DNA of 64,000 nucleotides from an uncultured Gammaproteobacteria bacterium (GCA_964625535.1 CAZVEX010000002.1:85559-149558), one strand, 5' to 3'; numbered from the stretch's first letter, positions 9,620-19,834 are shown. Numbers and translations: made by a program. Notes: generated from the sequence alone by a model not told the origin.

Positions 9620-10071
9620 AAATCAACCTTACCCCCAAAATATTTTTTGGCTTCATCTAAAGTTTGCGCGGGTTTCGCTCCTTCAATATTGGCAGATGGC
9701 GCAACTAAGGGACCAACCTCTTGCAGCAACTCCAGCAATTTTTCATTTTTTGGCATCCTAAAAGCCAAACTATTTGTTCCTCTATGCAAATAAAAGAATC
9801 GCTCGCTTCGACAGGGTAAAATCACGCTCAAAGGATTTGGCCAACATTTTTTTAAAAAAACTTCTTGCTTTTTGGTTAATTTAATATCAAACTTTTTTAA
9901 ATCTTTTATAGATGAAATTAAAATAATAAAGGGCTTATTTTTTGATCTTCTTCTTAAAGTATAAATTTTTTCAACAGTTTGGGGATTTAATGCCGAACCA
10001 ACTATTCCATAAATAGTATCTGTGGGCATCACTCCAATCCCACCATTTTTTAAAATATCTACTATATCCAT
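9514..10071 (-). CDS. tsaC: Threonylcarbamoyl-AMP synthase (TsaC/YrdC)
   Basis: MPTDTIYG, NKPFIIL, AFRMP, PLVAPSAN. Confidence 0.92.
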   Translation of the reverse strand: MDIVDILKNGGIGVMPTDTIYGIVGSALNPQTVEKIYTLRRRSKNKPFIILISSIKDLKKFDIKLTKKQEVFLKKCWPNPLSVILPCRSERFFYLHRGTNSLAFRMPKNEKLLELLQEVGPLVAPSANIEGAKPAQTLDEAKKYFGGKVDFYIDGGEIISKPSALIVLSDAGVKVLRPGLMFSKA

Positions 10072-10482
10072 CTAACTTTTAGATTGTTTCCTGGCCAGAG
10101 GAAAATGAATGGAAAAGAGTACCAATCCCACCAAGGTAAAAGTGATGGCATTTTTCAGATCATCAATTTTCTGTTGTTTGCTTAATGCATTTTCTTGTTT
10201 TAGACAATCTTGTTTTTGTTTTTCCAGTTCTTGCGCTGAAGGACCCGTCCCGAGCGTAGCCGAGGGAGTAGCAGGCATTCCTCTGACATCCATGGCCGGA
10301 TATGGTCCGAATTTAAAAGGATAATTTTCGCAACTCCCTTGAGGATAACGTAGCGGATATTTTTCATATTGGGTACTGTTAATAATGAAATTCACAGTAT
10401 TAAAAATCCCAATGACAATCAGAGCCAGCGAAGCGGCAGAAATTACATAAAAATAGATGGTGGCAATAATTTTTCCTGACAT
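10072..10482 (-). CDS. Two-TM hypothetical membrane protein
   Basis: Two hydrophobic helices flank a loop with two Cys. Tightly coupled to ftsK and tsaC. Confidence 0.7.
   Translation of the reverse strand: MSGKIIATIYFYVISAASLALIVIGIFNTVNFIINSTQYEKYPLRYPQGSCENYPFKFGPYPAMDVRGMPATPSATLGTGPSAQELEKQKQDCLKQENALSKQQKIDDLKNAITFTLVGLVLFSIHFPLARKQSKS
10236..10268. repeat. REP-like palindromic element inserted in frame
   Basis: Minus strand CCCTCGGCTACGCTCGGGACGGGTCCTTCAGC has a TCCC...GGGA stem and a duplicated PSA codon block 24 nt apart. Confidence 0.6.
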
Positions 10483-10484
10483 AA

Positions 10485-12590
10485 TTAACTCTCGCTTCCC
10501 CCTGCGGTTTGGGCGGCAAAGTATTCCTCGGCATTGCGGACCAGGACATCCCGAGGTTTAGAGCCTTCTCCAACTCCCACAATGCCCGCCTCTTCCAGCT
10601 CATCCAAAATTCTGGCAGCTCTGGCATAGCCGACTTTCAACCGCCGCTGCAGCAGCGAGGCCGAAGCCCTATCATACTGGCAAACAGTTCTGACCGCTTC
10701 TTCAAACAATTCATCTCTGTCTGATCCACTACCGCCCCCTCTACCCCATCTCCCGAGCGGCATTTCAGTTACCTCCGCAGTATACTCCGGCGCAATACCT
10801 GTATTCTTAAGATATTTTATTAAAGAGTTTATCTCCTCATCCTGAACAAGCACTCCCTGAATGCGAACCGGTTTTGAAGCATCCGGAGGTAAAAATAACA
10901 TATCGCCTCTTCCCAAAAGTTTTTCTGCCCCGGGAGTATCCAAAATGACCCGGGAATCTACCATTGATGAAACGTTAAAAGCAATCCGGCAGGGGATATT
11001 GGCTTTAATTAAACCGGTAATCACATCAACGGAGGGCCTCTGTGTTGCCACCACCAGATGAATTCCCGTGGCCCTGGCCAGTTGGGCAATTCTGGTAATG
11101 GCATCTTCAATTTCCACCGGCGCAAACATCATCAGATCCGCCAGTTCATCAACAATGATGACAATATAGGGAAGGGCCTGAAATCCCGACATCTCATTAT
11201 AGCCCGCGATATTTCTCACCCCGACAGATTGGAACAGCTTATATCTTCTGTCCATTTCCGCCATGGCCCATTTCAGCGACGATAAAATCTTTTCCGGTTC
11301 GGTAATGACAGGCGTTAACAGGTGGGGTATACCATTATAGTTAGTCAGCTCCACTCTTTTAGGATCAATCAAAATCATTTTCAGTTCAGCCGGCGAATTA
11401 CGGAAAAGCAAAGAACCAATAAAAGAGTTAATTAACACGGATTTACCTGAACCGGTTGTTCCGGCAATTAAGACATGGGGCATCCGGTCCAAATCCACCA
11501 CTACTCCTTTGGAAGAAGTATCTTTGCCCAAAACAACTGCCAGTTTTGATTTTCGCGCTTGCATCTGCTCTGACGCCAAAACACTTTTTAATCCCACAAT
11601 CTCCAGAGAATGATTGGGCACTTCAATCCCCACCAAAGATTTACCCGGGATTGGAGCCTCAATCCTGACAGTGCCGGTAGGGGTGGCCAGGGCCAGAGCC
11701 AGATCATGCTGCAGATTGGCAATTTTGGAAATTTTGGTTCCAGCCGAAATCTCCAAAGCATACTGGGTCACGGCCGGCCCACCATTGACTTCAGCCACGC
11801 GGGCTTGAACCCCAAACGAATCCAGGGTTTTTTCAATTATGGCGGCATTTTTCTTTATGTCTCCCCGCTGCGCCGCAGATCCTACCTTTTCGGAAAGCAA
11901 AGAAAGGGGAGGGTATTTCCAAACCTTGGATTGTCCTGCCACGTTTTGCACCAGGGCATCGGCCAAAACCGTTTCACGAGGCCCAACAGATAATTTAGGC
12001 TTCATTCGATCGTCAACTCCAGACAGTTTGATCGGCACATTTTTGGCCTCAAACATTCTTGGCTTTTGAAAGATAGGCTGATAAACTCTATTTTTCAACA
12101 ATCTAAAAATCCACTCCAATACGCCAAAGATCTGACCTAAAGAGGTATTAAATAAAACTACCAATCCGACTAAAAATATCAAGATCAGCAAGATAAAAGC
12201 TCCGGGTGAGGTGATTAAAGCGGACGACTGCGTCCACAGACTCAAACCCACTGATCCTGCCAAATCTGCTCTGAAAGCGCCGGTCATTCCCGATAAAGAC
12301 AAAACCAGCAACACAACCCCCAGTAAAACATTCATCTGGGCAAAACGCCATTTCGCTCTTGATAAAACCAAGGCGGAAAGCAAAAATAAAAAAGGGGAAA
12401 AAAGGGCAGACCAACCCAAAAGCGATTTTAAGAACTCCCGCCAAAAAGATAAAACAGTTGTATCCGTCGTCAGAGCCACGGTTGATAAAACAGCCAGGAT
12501 TATTGACACCAGCGATGCCACAGCCACAATGGCTTTGTGTTTAAGTTTTAATCTGGGTAATCTGTAAATAGAGCGGCGTCTCCTGGACAT
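10485..12590 (-). CDS. ftsK: DNA translocase FtsK/SpoIIIE
   Basis: N-terminal TM helices, HVLIAGTTGSGKS, IIVDELADLM, ATQRPSVDVITG, gamma domain SLLQRRLKVGYARAAR. Confidence 0.97.
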   Translation of the reverse strand: MSRRRRSIYRLPRLKLKHKAIVAVASLVSIILAVLSTVALTTDTTVLSFWREFLKSLLGWSALFSPFLFLLSALVLSRAKWRFAQMNVLLGVVLLVLSLSGMTGAFRADLAGSVGLSLWTQSSALITSPGAFILLILIFLVGLVVLFNTSLGQIFGVLEWIFRLLKNRVYQPIFQKPRMFEAKNVPIKLSGVDDRMKPKLSVGPRETVLADALVQNVAGQSKVWKYPPLSLLSEKVGSAAQRGDIKKNAAIIEKTLDSFGVQARVAEVNGGPAVTQYALEISAGTKISKIANLQHDLALALATPTGTVRIEAPIPGKSLVGIEVPNHSLEIVGLKSVLASEQMQARKSKLAVVLGKDTSSKGVVVDLDRMPHVLIAGTTGSGKSVLINSFIGSLLFRNSPAELKMILIDPKRVELTNYNGIPHLLTPVITEPEKILSSLKWAMAEMDRRYKLFQSVGVRNIAGYNEMSGFQALPYIVIIVDELADLMMFAPVEIEDAITRIAQLARATGIHLVVATQRPSVDVITGLIKANIPCRIAFNVSSMVDSRVILDTPGAEKLLGRGDMLFLPPDASKPVRIQGVLVQDEEINSLIKYLKNTGIAPEYTAEVTEMPLGRWGRGGGSGSDRDELFEEAVRTVCQYDRASASLLQRRLKVGYARAARILDELEEAGIVGVGEGSKPRDVLVRNAEEYFAAQTAGGSES

Positions 12591-12622
12591 ATTTATTTAA
12601 TTATACCATACCAAACTATGGG

Positions 12623-14287
12623 TCAAACTTCCACTACCACCGGTAAAATTAGTGGTCTTCTTTCTGTCGTCTGATAAAAGAGATTGCCCAAATCATCCTC
12701 AATTTTTTTACGGATAAACCGCCAGTCCGACCCTTTTTTAACATGCTGCTCTAAACTTCTTATCACTGTTTCCCTAGCATCCTGCAAAAGGTCCTCCGCC
12801 ATATTTTCAAAAACAAAGCCCCGGGAAATAATATCAGGTTCTCCTGCCACTTTACCGGTATGCTGGTCAATCGGCACCACCACCACTACAACTCCTTCCT
12901 CGCTCATTAACCTTCGATCCCGCAAGACCACATGTCCCACATCCCCGATCCCCAATCCGTCAACATAAATATTTTGCAATTCCACTCTGCCGGCTAATTT
13001 CAGATTATCTCTGTTTATTTCTACTACATCCCCTTCTTCCAGTTGTAAAATCTGACTTTTGTCATAACCCATACTCTGAAAAACTTGCGAGAACATTTTT
13101 ATGTGTCTGAAAGTTCCGCCAATAGGTAGCAAGTAGCGGGGTTTTGCCAGATTAACCATCAACTTTAATTCTTCAGAGGCCGCATGGCCGGAAACATGCA
13201 AATCAGAGGTAATGGCAGAATAATAAACATTAGCTCCCAAGCTTGACAATTTATCAATTAAGGCGTTCTGGGCAGATTCTGTGGAAGGAATGGGGTCGGC
13301 CGAAAAAATCACCCCATCTCCTTCCCGCAACTTAATTTGTTTATGTTCGTCATTGGCCACCCGGGAAAGCGCCGAATCTGGTTGACCTTGAGATCCAGCA
13401 ATTAAAACAAGGATCTTTGAGGGAGTAAAAGAGTTTACGGCATCCGGAGCAATCACAATATTTGGCGGGACTTTTAAGTATCCCAGGTTCCTGGCCAGCT
13501 GAAAATTATTTTCAAAGCTTCGACCCACCACTGCCAGTTTCCTGCCTAATTTTTGTGCCACATTGACTGCTTGTTGCATTCTGGAAACATTTGACGAAGT
13601 CATGGTAATAAGCAATCTTCCGGTAGTTTCCAGCGCCGCTTTTTCAAAGGAGGCTTCAATTGATTGCTCCGATCTGTTAAACCCAGGTTTTTCTATTCTT
13701 AAACAGTCAATCAAAAGCAAAAGCACTCCCTCCGTCCCTAAATTTGCCACAGTCCCCACATCAGTCTTCTGACCCGAAACAGGCGTCCAGTCAATCTTAA
13801 AATCAGCCTGATGAATAATCAACCCGACAGGGGTTCTGATGACTATGCCTGTTGAATCCGGAATTGAATGAGAAACCTGGTAAAAAGACACATTAAAACT
13901 ACCCAGACTTAAATCTTGATCAAGCTTAACCTCCACAATCTGATCTTTGGGCAAGCGATGTTCGGAAAATTTACCTTTAATTAATCCTGCTGTCAGTTTT
14001 TGAGCATAGATGGGCACTTGAAGTTGAGGATGAATAAAAGGCAATGCTCCGATATGATCATCGTGCCCGTGCGTGATAATAATACCTCTGATTTTGTCCC
14101 TTTTCTGCCTCAAATAAGATATGTCGGGAATAACCAGATCTACCCCGGGCATAGCCTCGTCAGGAAATCCCACTCCGCAATCAACAATGATGATGTCATT
14201 CCCATATTCATACACATACATATTTTTGGTAACATCACCTACACCTCCAAGAGGAATAAGCTTCAGAGTTGGTTTAAAAGAATTCAT
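12623..14287 (-). CDS. rnj: Ribonuclease J
   Basis: IPLGGVGDVTKNM, THGHDDHIGA, HSIPD, GSQGQP, HVSGH. Confidence 0.96.
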   Translation of the reverse strand: MNSFKPTLKLIPLGGVGDVTKNMYVYEYGNDIIIVDCGVGFPDEAMPGVDLVIPDISYLRQKRDKIRGIIITHGHDDHIGALPFIHPQLQVPIYAQKLTAGLIKGKFSEHRLPKDQIVEVKLDQDLSLGSFNVSFYQVSHSIPDSTGIVIRTPVGLIIHQADFKIDWTPVSGQKTDVGTVANLGTEGVLLLLIDCLRIEKPGFNRSEQSIEASFEKAALETTGRLLITMTSSNVSRMQQAVNVAQKLGRKLAVVGRSFENNFQLARNLGYLKVPPNIVIAPDAVNSFTPSKILVLIAGSQGQPDSALSRVANDEHKQIKLREGDGVIFSADPIPSTESAQNALIDKLSSLGANVYYSAITSDLHVSGHAASEELKLMVNLAKPRYLLPIGGTFRHIKMFSQVFQSMGYDKSQILQLEEGDVVEINRDNLKLAGRVELQNIYVDGLGIGDVGHVVLRDRRLMSEEGVVVVVVPIDQHTGKVAGEPDIISRGFVFENMAEDLLQDARETVIRSLEQHVKKGSDWRFIRKKIEDDLGNLFYQTTERRPLILPVVVEV

Positions 14288-15300
14288 AAATACTCTCCCA
14301 GATTCTCACTGGTGATCTTAAATGGTCCTGCCTCCCCTTCCACCAGTTTCCTGGCGATTTTGCGGCAAATTGCCTGCAAGGATCTCTGCAACGATCTAAT
14401 CCCGCCGTCAAAACCCAAAGGCCTTAGGATTTGCGGCCAGATGCCTTCGTCAATAATCAAAAGATTTCTGTCTACCCCCGCCTCATCCAGCGATTTTGGC
14501 AGGAGATAATTTTTGCCAATGATTAGTTTTTCTTCGTCAGAGTATGAAGGCATCTGAATCGGCTCTAATCTGTCCATCACTGCAGTGGCAATATTGCCGG
14601 TATTATTGGCTGTGGCTATAAATAAAACTTGCGACAGATCAAAAGCAAAATCCAGAAAATGATCAACAAAAGCCTGGTTTTGAGCAGGATCTAAAAGCTC
14701 TACCAATACTCCCATGATGCCAACTCTACCCTCCTCCGCTACCCTGTCTATCTCGTCTAAAAGTATCACCGGATTTTTGACTTGGGCATGTTTAATGACT
14801 TTGATAATCTGTCCCGGCTCGGCATCGGGGCGAATTTTGGATTGCCCGCGCAAGCTGGCAGCATCACCCAAACCCCCAAAAGGAATCCTGACAATTTTCC
14901 TACCCAAGCTTTCAGCAATGGAATAGGCAATAGAGGTTTTTCCTGTCCCCACCAATCCTACAAACAGCAGGATCGGGGCATGAAAACCGGCCGGCCCTGG
15001 GCTTTTGGCATGCAAAATTAAAACCGACAGATATTCCAATACTCTGTCTTTCAAAGTCTGCAAACCATAGTGATTTTTATCAAGGATTTCTTTGGCTCTT
15101 TGTAAATCCAAAATGTCCTGGCTTGCTTTGTTAAAAGGCAGGAAAGTAGCAAAATCAATATAGGAAACTAATTTTTCAAATTCAGCTCCTGTTCCCGGGA
15201 ATTTTAGTAAATTAAGTAATTTTTCTTGAACTTCCTGGGGTAAAGAGGCTTGGCTAATCCTTCTTTTGAGGTTTTCCAGTTGTTCTTGGGCAGCATCCAT
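14284..15300 (-). CDS. Lon-type AAA+ ATPase module without protease domain
   Basis: Likely start MDAAQEQ at 15300. LDKNHYGL, Walker A GLVGTGKTS, Walker B LLDEID, LLDPAQN, FIATAN, MDRLE. The ORF ends where the Lon protease domain would begin. Confidence 0.85.
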   Translation of the reverse strand: MDAAQEQLENLKRRISQASLPQEVQEKLLNLLKFPGTGAEFEKLVSYIDFATFLPFNKASQDILDLQRAKEILDKNHYGLQTLKDRVLEYLSVLILHAKSPGPAGFHAPILLFVGLVGTGKTSIAYSIAESLGRKIVRIPFGGLGDAASLRGQSKIRPDAEPGQIIKVIKHAQVKNPVILLDEIDRVAEEGRVGIMGVLVELLDPAQNQAFVDHFLDFAFDLSQVLFIATANNTGNIATAVMDRLEPIQMPSYSDEEKLIIGKNYLLPKSLDEAGVDRNLLIIDEGIWPQILRPLGFDGGIRSLQRSLQAICRKIARKLVEGEAGPFKITSENLGEYL

Positions 15301-15328
15301 TCTGTTACCTATTTTATACGGTAGAAAT

Positions 15329-17590
15329 TTATCTGTCAAAACTTCGGCGGGCAGGCCTGCCTCCGCGGTTTCGGTCAAAACCACCTGAACTACGGCTTGA
15401 TCTACCTCTACTAAACCCTCCGCCAAACCTGGGTCTGGGTCTATTAAAAGGTCCACCGGATCTAAATCCTCCTCCGGACGGCCTCCTAAAACCACCGCCT
15501 CTAGCGGCCCGCGGTCTTTCTCCGGTATCCGGCTTAATGTCTTCACCAAAAAGCATAGACAAAGACACTTTGCCATCCGGGTCAACTCCCTTAACTCTAA
15601 CTTTAACTTCCTGTCCCTCTTGCACAACATCTTCGGGTTTTCCCACAAAACCTGTGGACATTTCCGACACATGAACCAACCCGTCCTTTCCCGGAGCAAT
15701 TTCCACAAAAGCTCCAAAAGGCACCAGGCGAACTACCTTACCCGTAAATTCATCCCCCACATTAACTGTTTTAAACATTCCTTCAATGGCCGCCATGGCC
15801 TGATCCACGCCTTCGGATTTGGTACCTGAAACCATTACCGTGCCGTCATCCTCAACATCAATTTGCGCTCCGGTCTTTGAGATAATACCATTGATGTTTT
15901 TACCTCCCGGCCCGATGAGAAGTCCTATGTTTTCTGGTTTTATATGAAGAATCTCCACTCTTGGGGCATGCGGAGAAAGAGGGCCTGCCGCAGGCACTGC
16001 CTCATTCATCTTTTCTAAAATCTGAAGTCTTGCTTTTTTACCCATTTCCAGGGCTTTTTCAATTACATCAAATGTCAACCCTTCCAGCTTGGTATCCATT
16101 TGAATGGCGCTCACCCCGTTTTTAGTCCCAGCCACCTTAAAGTCCATTTCGCCGTAAAAATCCTCGATAGCTCTCATATCTGTTACCACCTCTGTCTTCC
16201 CTTCATTGGAAAAAAGTCCCATCGCCACTCCTGCTACAGGCTCTCTCAAAGGTACCCCTGCATTTAGTAAGGCTAAAGTTGAAGCGCAAAGAGCAGCCAT
16301 AGAAGTCGAGGCATTGGCTGCCAACACTTCGGATACCACCCTGATGGCATAGGGGAACTGCTCTTGTGGGGGAATCACAGAGTTTAAGGCTTTTTCCGCC
16401 AAAGCCCCATGGCCAATATCGCGCCTCGAGGGCGGACCAATCCTTTTGACCTCACCGACTGAAAAAGGATTAATGCTCATGTTGTAATAGTGCATAAATC
16501 TTTTTTTATCTTCCCCGTACATACCCTCAATGGTTTGAGAAAGGGAAGGCGCGCCCAAAGTCACCACGGATAAAACTTGAGTATCTCCGCGCGCAAACAG
16601 CGCAGACCCGTGAGTCCTGGGCAAAACACCAACTTCCATATTAAGAAGTCTTATTTCATCCATGGCTCTTTTATCAACCCGTTGCCCCTTTTCCAAAACT
16701 ACTTCATGCATAATCTCTTTGGCTACTTTGTCAAAAATGCCGGAGATTATAGTGGGAGTTAAGGTTTCCGCGTATTGCTTTGAGAGTTCTTCCTTAATCC
16801 GGTCGCCTGTTGCTTCATGCCAAGGGTGTTCGTTGTCAAAAAGAGCTTTTTCAATTCTCTCGCGGGTTATTTTACTAACCTCTTTAAATAGCGCTTCTTC
16901 AACTTCTTCGGCCAAATGCGAGTAGGCTTGTTTTTCGCATCCTACCTCTTTGGCAAAATCAGATACTAAATCAAGGATTGGTTGAGTTGCCTTATGCGCT
17001 TCTTTAATGCTTTCTAAAATCAACTTGTCATCAACTTGTTTGGCTTCCGCCTCAATCATGACCACTTTGTCCCCTTTTGAGACAACCACCAGATCCATAT
17101 TGCTTTCCCCGTCCAGATCTTTCTCGCCCATTCTCACCCCGGCAATGGGCCCGTTCCAGGGAATAGATGAGATAGACAAAGCTGCTGAAGCTCCAATCAA
17201 ACCAACCACGTCCGGATCGCTGACCTGATCAATTGACAAAACGGAAATTAAAACCTGCACTTCGTGTTTAAAATCTTTGGGGAAAAGGGGACGGATGGAG
17301 CGGTCTATTAAACGACCTGCTAAAATAGCCTCTTCTGAAGGTTTTGTTTCTCTTTTAATAAATCTGGAGGAAGAGATCCTACCTCCTGCATAATGCTTTT
17401 CCACGAATTCAACCGATAAAGGGAAATAGCCAATATCCTCCTTTAAAGGTTGGGTGGCTACAGTCACCAGAAGGACTGTTTCACCCCACGAAGCTACCAC
17501 TGCAGCATCAGCCTGCAACGCCAGCTTACCGGTTTCCAGTTTAAGCTTTCTGCCATTTAAATCAATCTCTTTGGTAACAACTTTATTCAT
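15329..17590 (-). CDS. pnp: Polyribonucleotide nucleotidyltransferase
   Basis: RLIDRSIRPLFP, RTHGSALFARGDTQ, MDFKVAGT, KH motif IGPGGKNI, S1 motif GLVHVSE, RGG-rich tail. Start taken at MNKVV. Confidence 0.97.
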   Translation of the reverse strand: MNKVVTKEIDLNGRKLKLETGKLALQADAAVVASWGETVLLVTVATQPLKEDIGYFPLSVEFVEKHYAGGRISSSRFIKRETKPSEEAILAGRLIDRSIRPLFPKDFKHEVQVLISVLSIDQVSDPDVVGLIGASAALSISSIPWNGPIAGVRMGEKDLDGESNMDLVVVSKGDKVVMIEAEAKQVDDKLILESIKEAHKATQPILDLVSDFAKEVGCEKQAYSHLAEEVEEALFKEVSKITRERIEKALFDNEHPWHEATGDRIKEELSKQYAETLTPTIISGIFDKVAKEIMHEVVLEKGQRVDKRAMDEIRLLNMEVGVLPRTHGSALFARGDTQVLSVVTLGAPSLSQTIEGMYGEDKKRFMHYYNMSINPFSVGEVKRIGPPSRRDIGHGALAEKALNSVIPPQEQFPYAIRVVSEVLAANASTSMAALCASTLALLNAGVPLREPVAGVAMGLFSNEGKTEVVTDMRAIEDFYGEMDFKVAGTKNGVSAIQMDTKLEGLTFDVIEKALEMGKKARLQILEKMNEAVPAAGPLSPHAPRVEILHIKPENIGLLIGPGGKNINGIISKTGAQIDVEDDGTVMVSGTKSEGVDQAMAAIEGMFKTVNVGDEFTGKVVRLVPFGAFVEIAPGKDGLVHVSEMSTGFVGKPEDVVQEGQEVKVRVKGVDPDGKVSLSMLFGEDIKPDTGERPRAARGGGFRRPSGGGFRSGGPFNRPRPRFGGGFSRGRSSRSSGGFDRNRGGRPARRSFDR

Positions 17591-17615
17591 AAACAATAAA
17601 TACAATGAAACTATC

Positions 17616-17684
17616 GAGGATTTGGAAACTGTGGAAGAAACAATTAACTCGCTTAATTATTTCTTTGCAATCCCCAAATCACTC
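17616..17684 (-). promoter_or_regulatory. Long stem-loop in the pnp 5' leader
   Basis: GAGTGATTTGGGGATTGCAAAGAAATAATTAA-GCGAG-TTAATTGTTTCTTCCACAGTTTCCAAATCCTC. Several mismatches become G-U pairs on the minus strand. Confidence 0.65.
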
Positions 17685-17694
17685 TTATTTAATA

Positions 17695-17723
17695 ATTATA
17701 CCATAAACGGACTATTTTGACAA
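17695..17723 (-). promoter_or_regulatory. Sigma70 promoter of pnp
   Basis: TTGTCA-17 nt-TATAAT with extended TG. Confidence 0.7.
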
Positions 17724-17981
17724 CCCCAATTTTTCTATTGCCGCTTTATACCTATCATGATCTTTTTTCACCAAGTATTGCAGTAGCCGTCTTCTTTTGT
17801 TAACCATGGACAGAAGTCCCCTGCGGGAGTGAATATCATGAGTGTGTTCTTTTAAGTGAGCTGTTAAGTTTTTTATCTGCTCTGTTAAAAGGGCAACTTG
17901 CACTTCAGGAGAACCTGTATCACCCGATTTGGTAGCAAACTCTTTAATAATCTTTTGCTTAATTTTTGGATCAAGTGGCAT
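17712..17981 (-). CDS. rpsO: 30S ribosomal protein S15
   Basis: [20 protein letters not shown]. Confidence 0.98.
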   Translation of the reverse strand: MPLDPKIKQKIIKEFATKSGDTGSPEVQVALLTEQIKNLTAHLKEHTHDIHSRRGLLSMVNKRRRLLQYLVKKDHDRYKAAIEKLGLSK

Positions 17982-18080
17982 CGTAATCCTTTCTTTTCTG
18001 GAACAACTTTGATGCCAAAGTCGTCCAATAAGTAAGTTTTTCGCATTCTATCAGAAAATTCCAAATTATGCAAATTTTAA

Positions 18081-19055
18081 TTACCCTATTGATGTGCCTT
18101 TGAAGATTTTGGGGGTGAGCCATTCGGGTTCCGGAGTTTCGGATACAACCCCCTCTCCTGCCGGTCTTTCTTCCGGAGATGAGGCTGGGGGAGTTGGTTG
18201 AGTGAGAGTCTGTTGGATGATGGGCGTACTTGGTATTAAAGCGCTCAAATCAGGTTGCGGACCTTGAGGTGCGACTTGAACTTGAGGCATGGTCGCAGAC
18301 ACAGCCGGTTTTCTTCCTCCTACCCTAAGACATTGGGCCACTGCCATGTAAGTATCGGCATTAACTTTGGGGTTGGTCAAACTATCTGTTGAGGCAAAAA
18401 TTCCGGAGAGGAGATTGCTGGCCACATCAGCATCCATGGTCAACCCCAAATCCAAAATTAAATTTACCACCATCTCACCAACGGATGAAGCTTGAGTATC
18501 AACCACATTGGTAGAACCAAAACCGGTATTATTTTGATTGTCAATGTTGACTATATGAACGCCTGAGTAGCCTTGGGCATTTTGCCGGTAGATGGAACCA
18601 AGACTATCCAGGTTGGCAGCTCCGATGACAAAAATCAGATCAAAACCGCTGCCCTGATAGCGGGGGACAATCCGGGCCGGTTGAAAAGTTTGACCCGGCA
18701 GGACATGAAAAACCAAATTTAAATTGTTGTTTTCCGCGTACCAGTCCAGTTTTTCCAAGGCAGGAACAGTCCCGTCAGAGGCAGCCACTCCCTCTAAAGT
18801 TAAAGTTAAGTTTCCTCCTTCTGTCTGGGGAAGAGTTTTTTGCACATGGTCTACCCCAAAAAGATGAGCTTGAGCAACCCTCATGCTATCTTCGCAAACT
18901 ACACTGACTTCCTTGCCTTGAGCTTCAAAAATTAAAAATAGCGACAAGGCTGCTGCCAGCCTGTCGGTATCAGCACCCACCGGTAAGGCTATCAAGATAT
19001 TTTTGGCAGATGGCAGGAGATTTTTAAGTTCAACTATTTGTGCGTCGTATTTCAC
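18081..19055 (-). CDS. Degenerate DHH-family (NrnA-like) protein with Pro-rich tail
   Basis: KNILIALP...DRLAAALSL, IVNIDN in place of IDHH, ASNLLSGI, C-terminal WLTPKIFKG. Confidence 0.65.
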   Translation of the reverse strand: MKYDAQIVELKNLLPSAKNILIALPVGADTDRLAAALSLFLIFEAQGKEVSVVCEDSMRVAQAHLFGVDHVQKTLPQTEGGNLTLTLEGVAASDGTVPALEKLDWYAENNNLNLVFHVLPGQTFQPARIVPRYQGSGFDLIFVIGAANLDSLGSIYRQNAQGYSGVHIVNIDNQNNTGFGSTNVVDTQASSVGEMVVNLILDLGLTMDADVASNLLSGIFASTDSLTNPKVNADTYMAVAQCLRVGGRKPAVSATMPQVQVAPQGPQPDLSALIPSTPIIQQTLTQPTPPASSPEERPAGEGVVSETPEPEWLTPKIFKGTSIG

Positions 19056-19138
19056 TATGTTTGGATTCTACCTCAACTATCCCATAATTGCAAGTAGATG
19101 ACACACAACTTATCAAACATCCCTCAATGACTGATACT

Positions 19139-19834
19139 TTAGGGTATATTTACTACCGCAGAGCAGTTACTAGGATCAGTCAGGATGTCACCTAGACCTT
19201 GTCCTCCATCACAAATATCCGTTCCTGTCCCATCTCCGCCGAATTCCGGTCCAGCTGTCAAAGTATCATTACCTTCTCCACCATTGATGGTGTCTTCATT
19301 AGTGGTGGCCGGATCAAAATCACCAGCTCCACCTTGTACAATATCGTTGCCTGTTTCTCCATAAAGGGTATCAAGACCTTCATTCCCATCTAAATTATCA
19401 TTATTATTTCCGCCGTAGAGTGTATCATTACCACCTCGACCGGCCAAAATATCATTACCATTCTCTCCGTACAAGATATCATTACCATCTCCTCCGAGTA
19501 AGTTGTCATCATCATTTCCGCCGTACATGGTATCATTGCCTGCCTCACCCATCGCGCTGACAAGAGAATCTTTCCCATCCTGGCCGTAAAGGGTATCACT
19601 GCCGATACCTCCACAAATTAAATCATCGCCTTTACCACCCCAAATAATATCATTTCCGCCCAAACCCGCAATTACATCATTACCATCTGTCCCCACGATG
19701 ACGTCGTTCCCTTCAGTTCCTGCGATAGTAGCGGTTTGACCGACACAGGTAACTGAAGCGCTCACAGGTCCTTGGAAAAAGTATGCCACTATTCCCAAAA
19801 GGAGCAATGCTACAAATATGATTATCTTTTTCAT
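19139..19834 (-). CDS. Secreted RTX/hemolysin-type Ca-binding repeat protein
   Basis: Signal peptide, many GGxGxDxLx nonapeptides, GGAGGTGG Shine-Dalgarno, TTGACA-17-TACTAT promoter. Confidence 0.88.
   Translation of the reverse strand: MKKIIIFVALLLLGIVAYFFQGPVSASVTCVGQTATIAGTEGNDVIVGTDGNDVIAGLGGNDIIWGGKGDDLICGGIGSDTLYGQDGKDSLVSAMGEAGNDTMYGGNDDDNLLGGDGNDILYGENGNDILAGRGGNDTLYGGNNNDNLDGNEGLDTLYGETGNDIVQGGAGDFDPATTNEDTINGGEGNDTLTAGPEFGGDGTGTDICDGGQGLGDILTDPSNCSAVVNIP

Noticed and set aside
9798-9817. CGAAGCGAGCG in tsaC as a REP remnant
   Set aside because: The match is too short and has no hairpin.
15301-15717. N-terminal extension of the 477-aa ORF 14284..15717
   Set aside because: It is an alternative-frame read of the pnp 3' end. 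Lon similarity starts at MDAAQEQ (15300).
19139-19834. RTX toxin with type I secretion
   Set aside because: There is no toxin domain or T1SS gene, and the protein has a Sec-type signal peptide.
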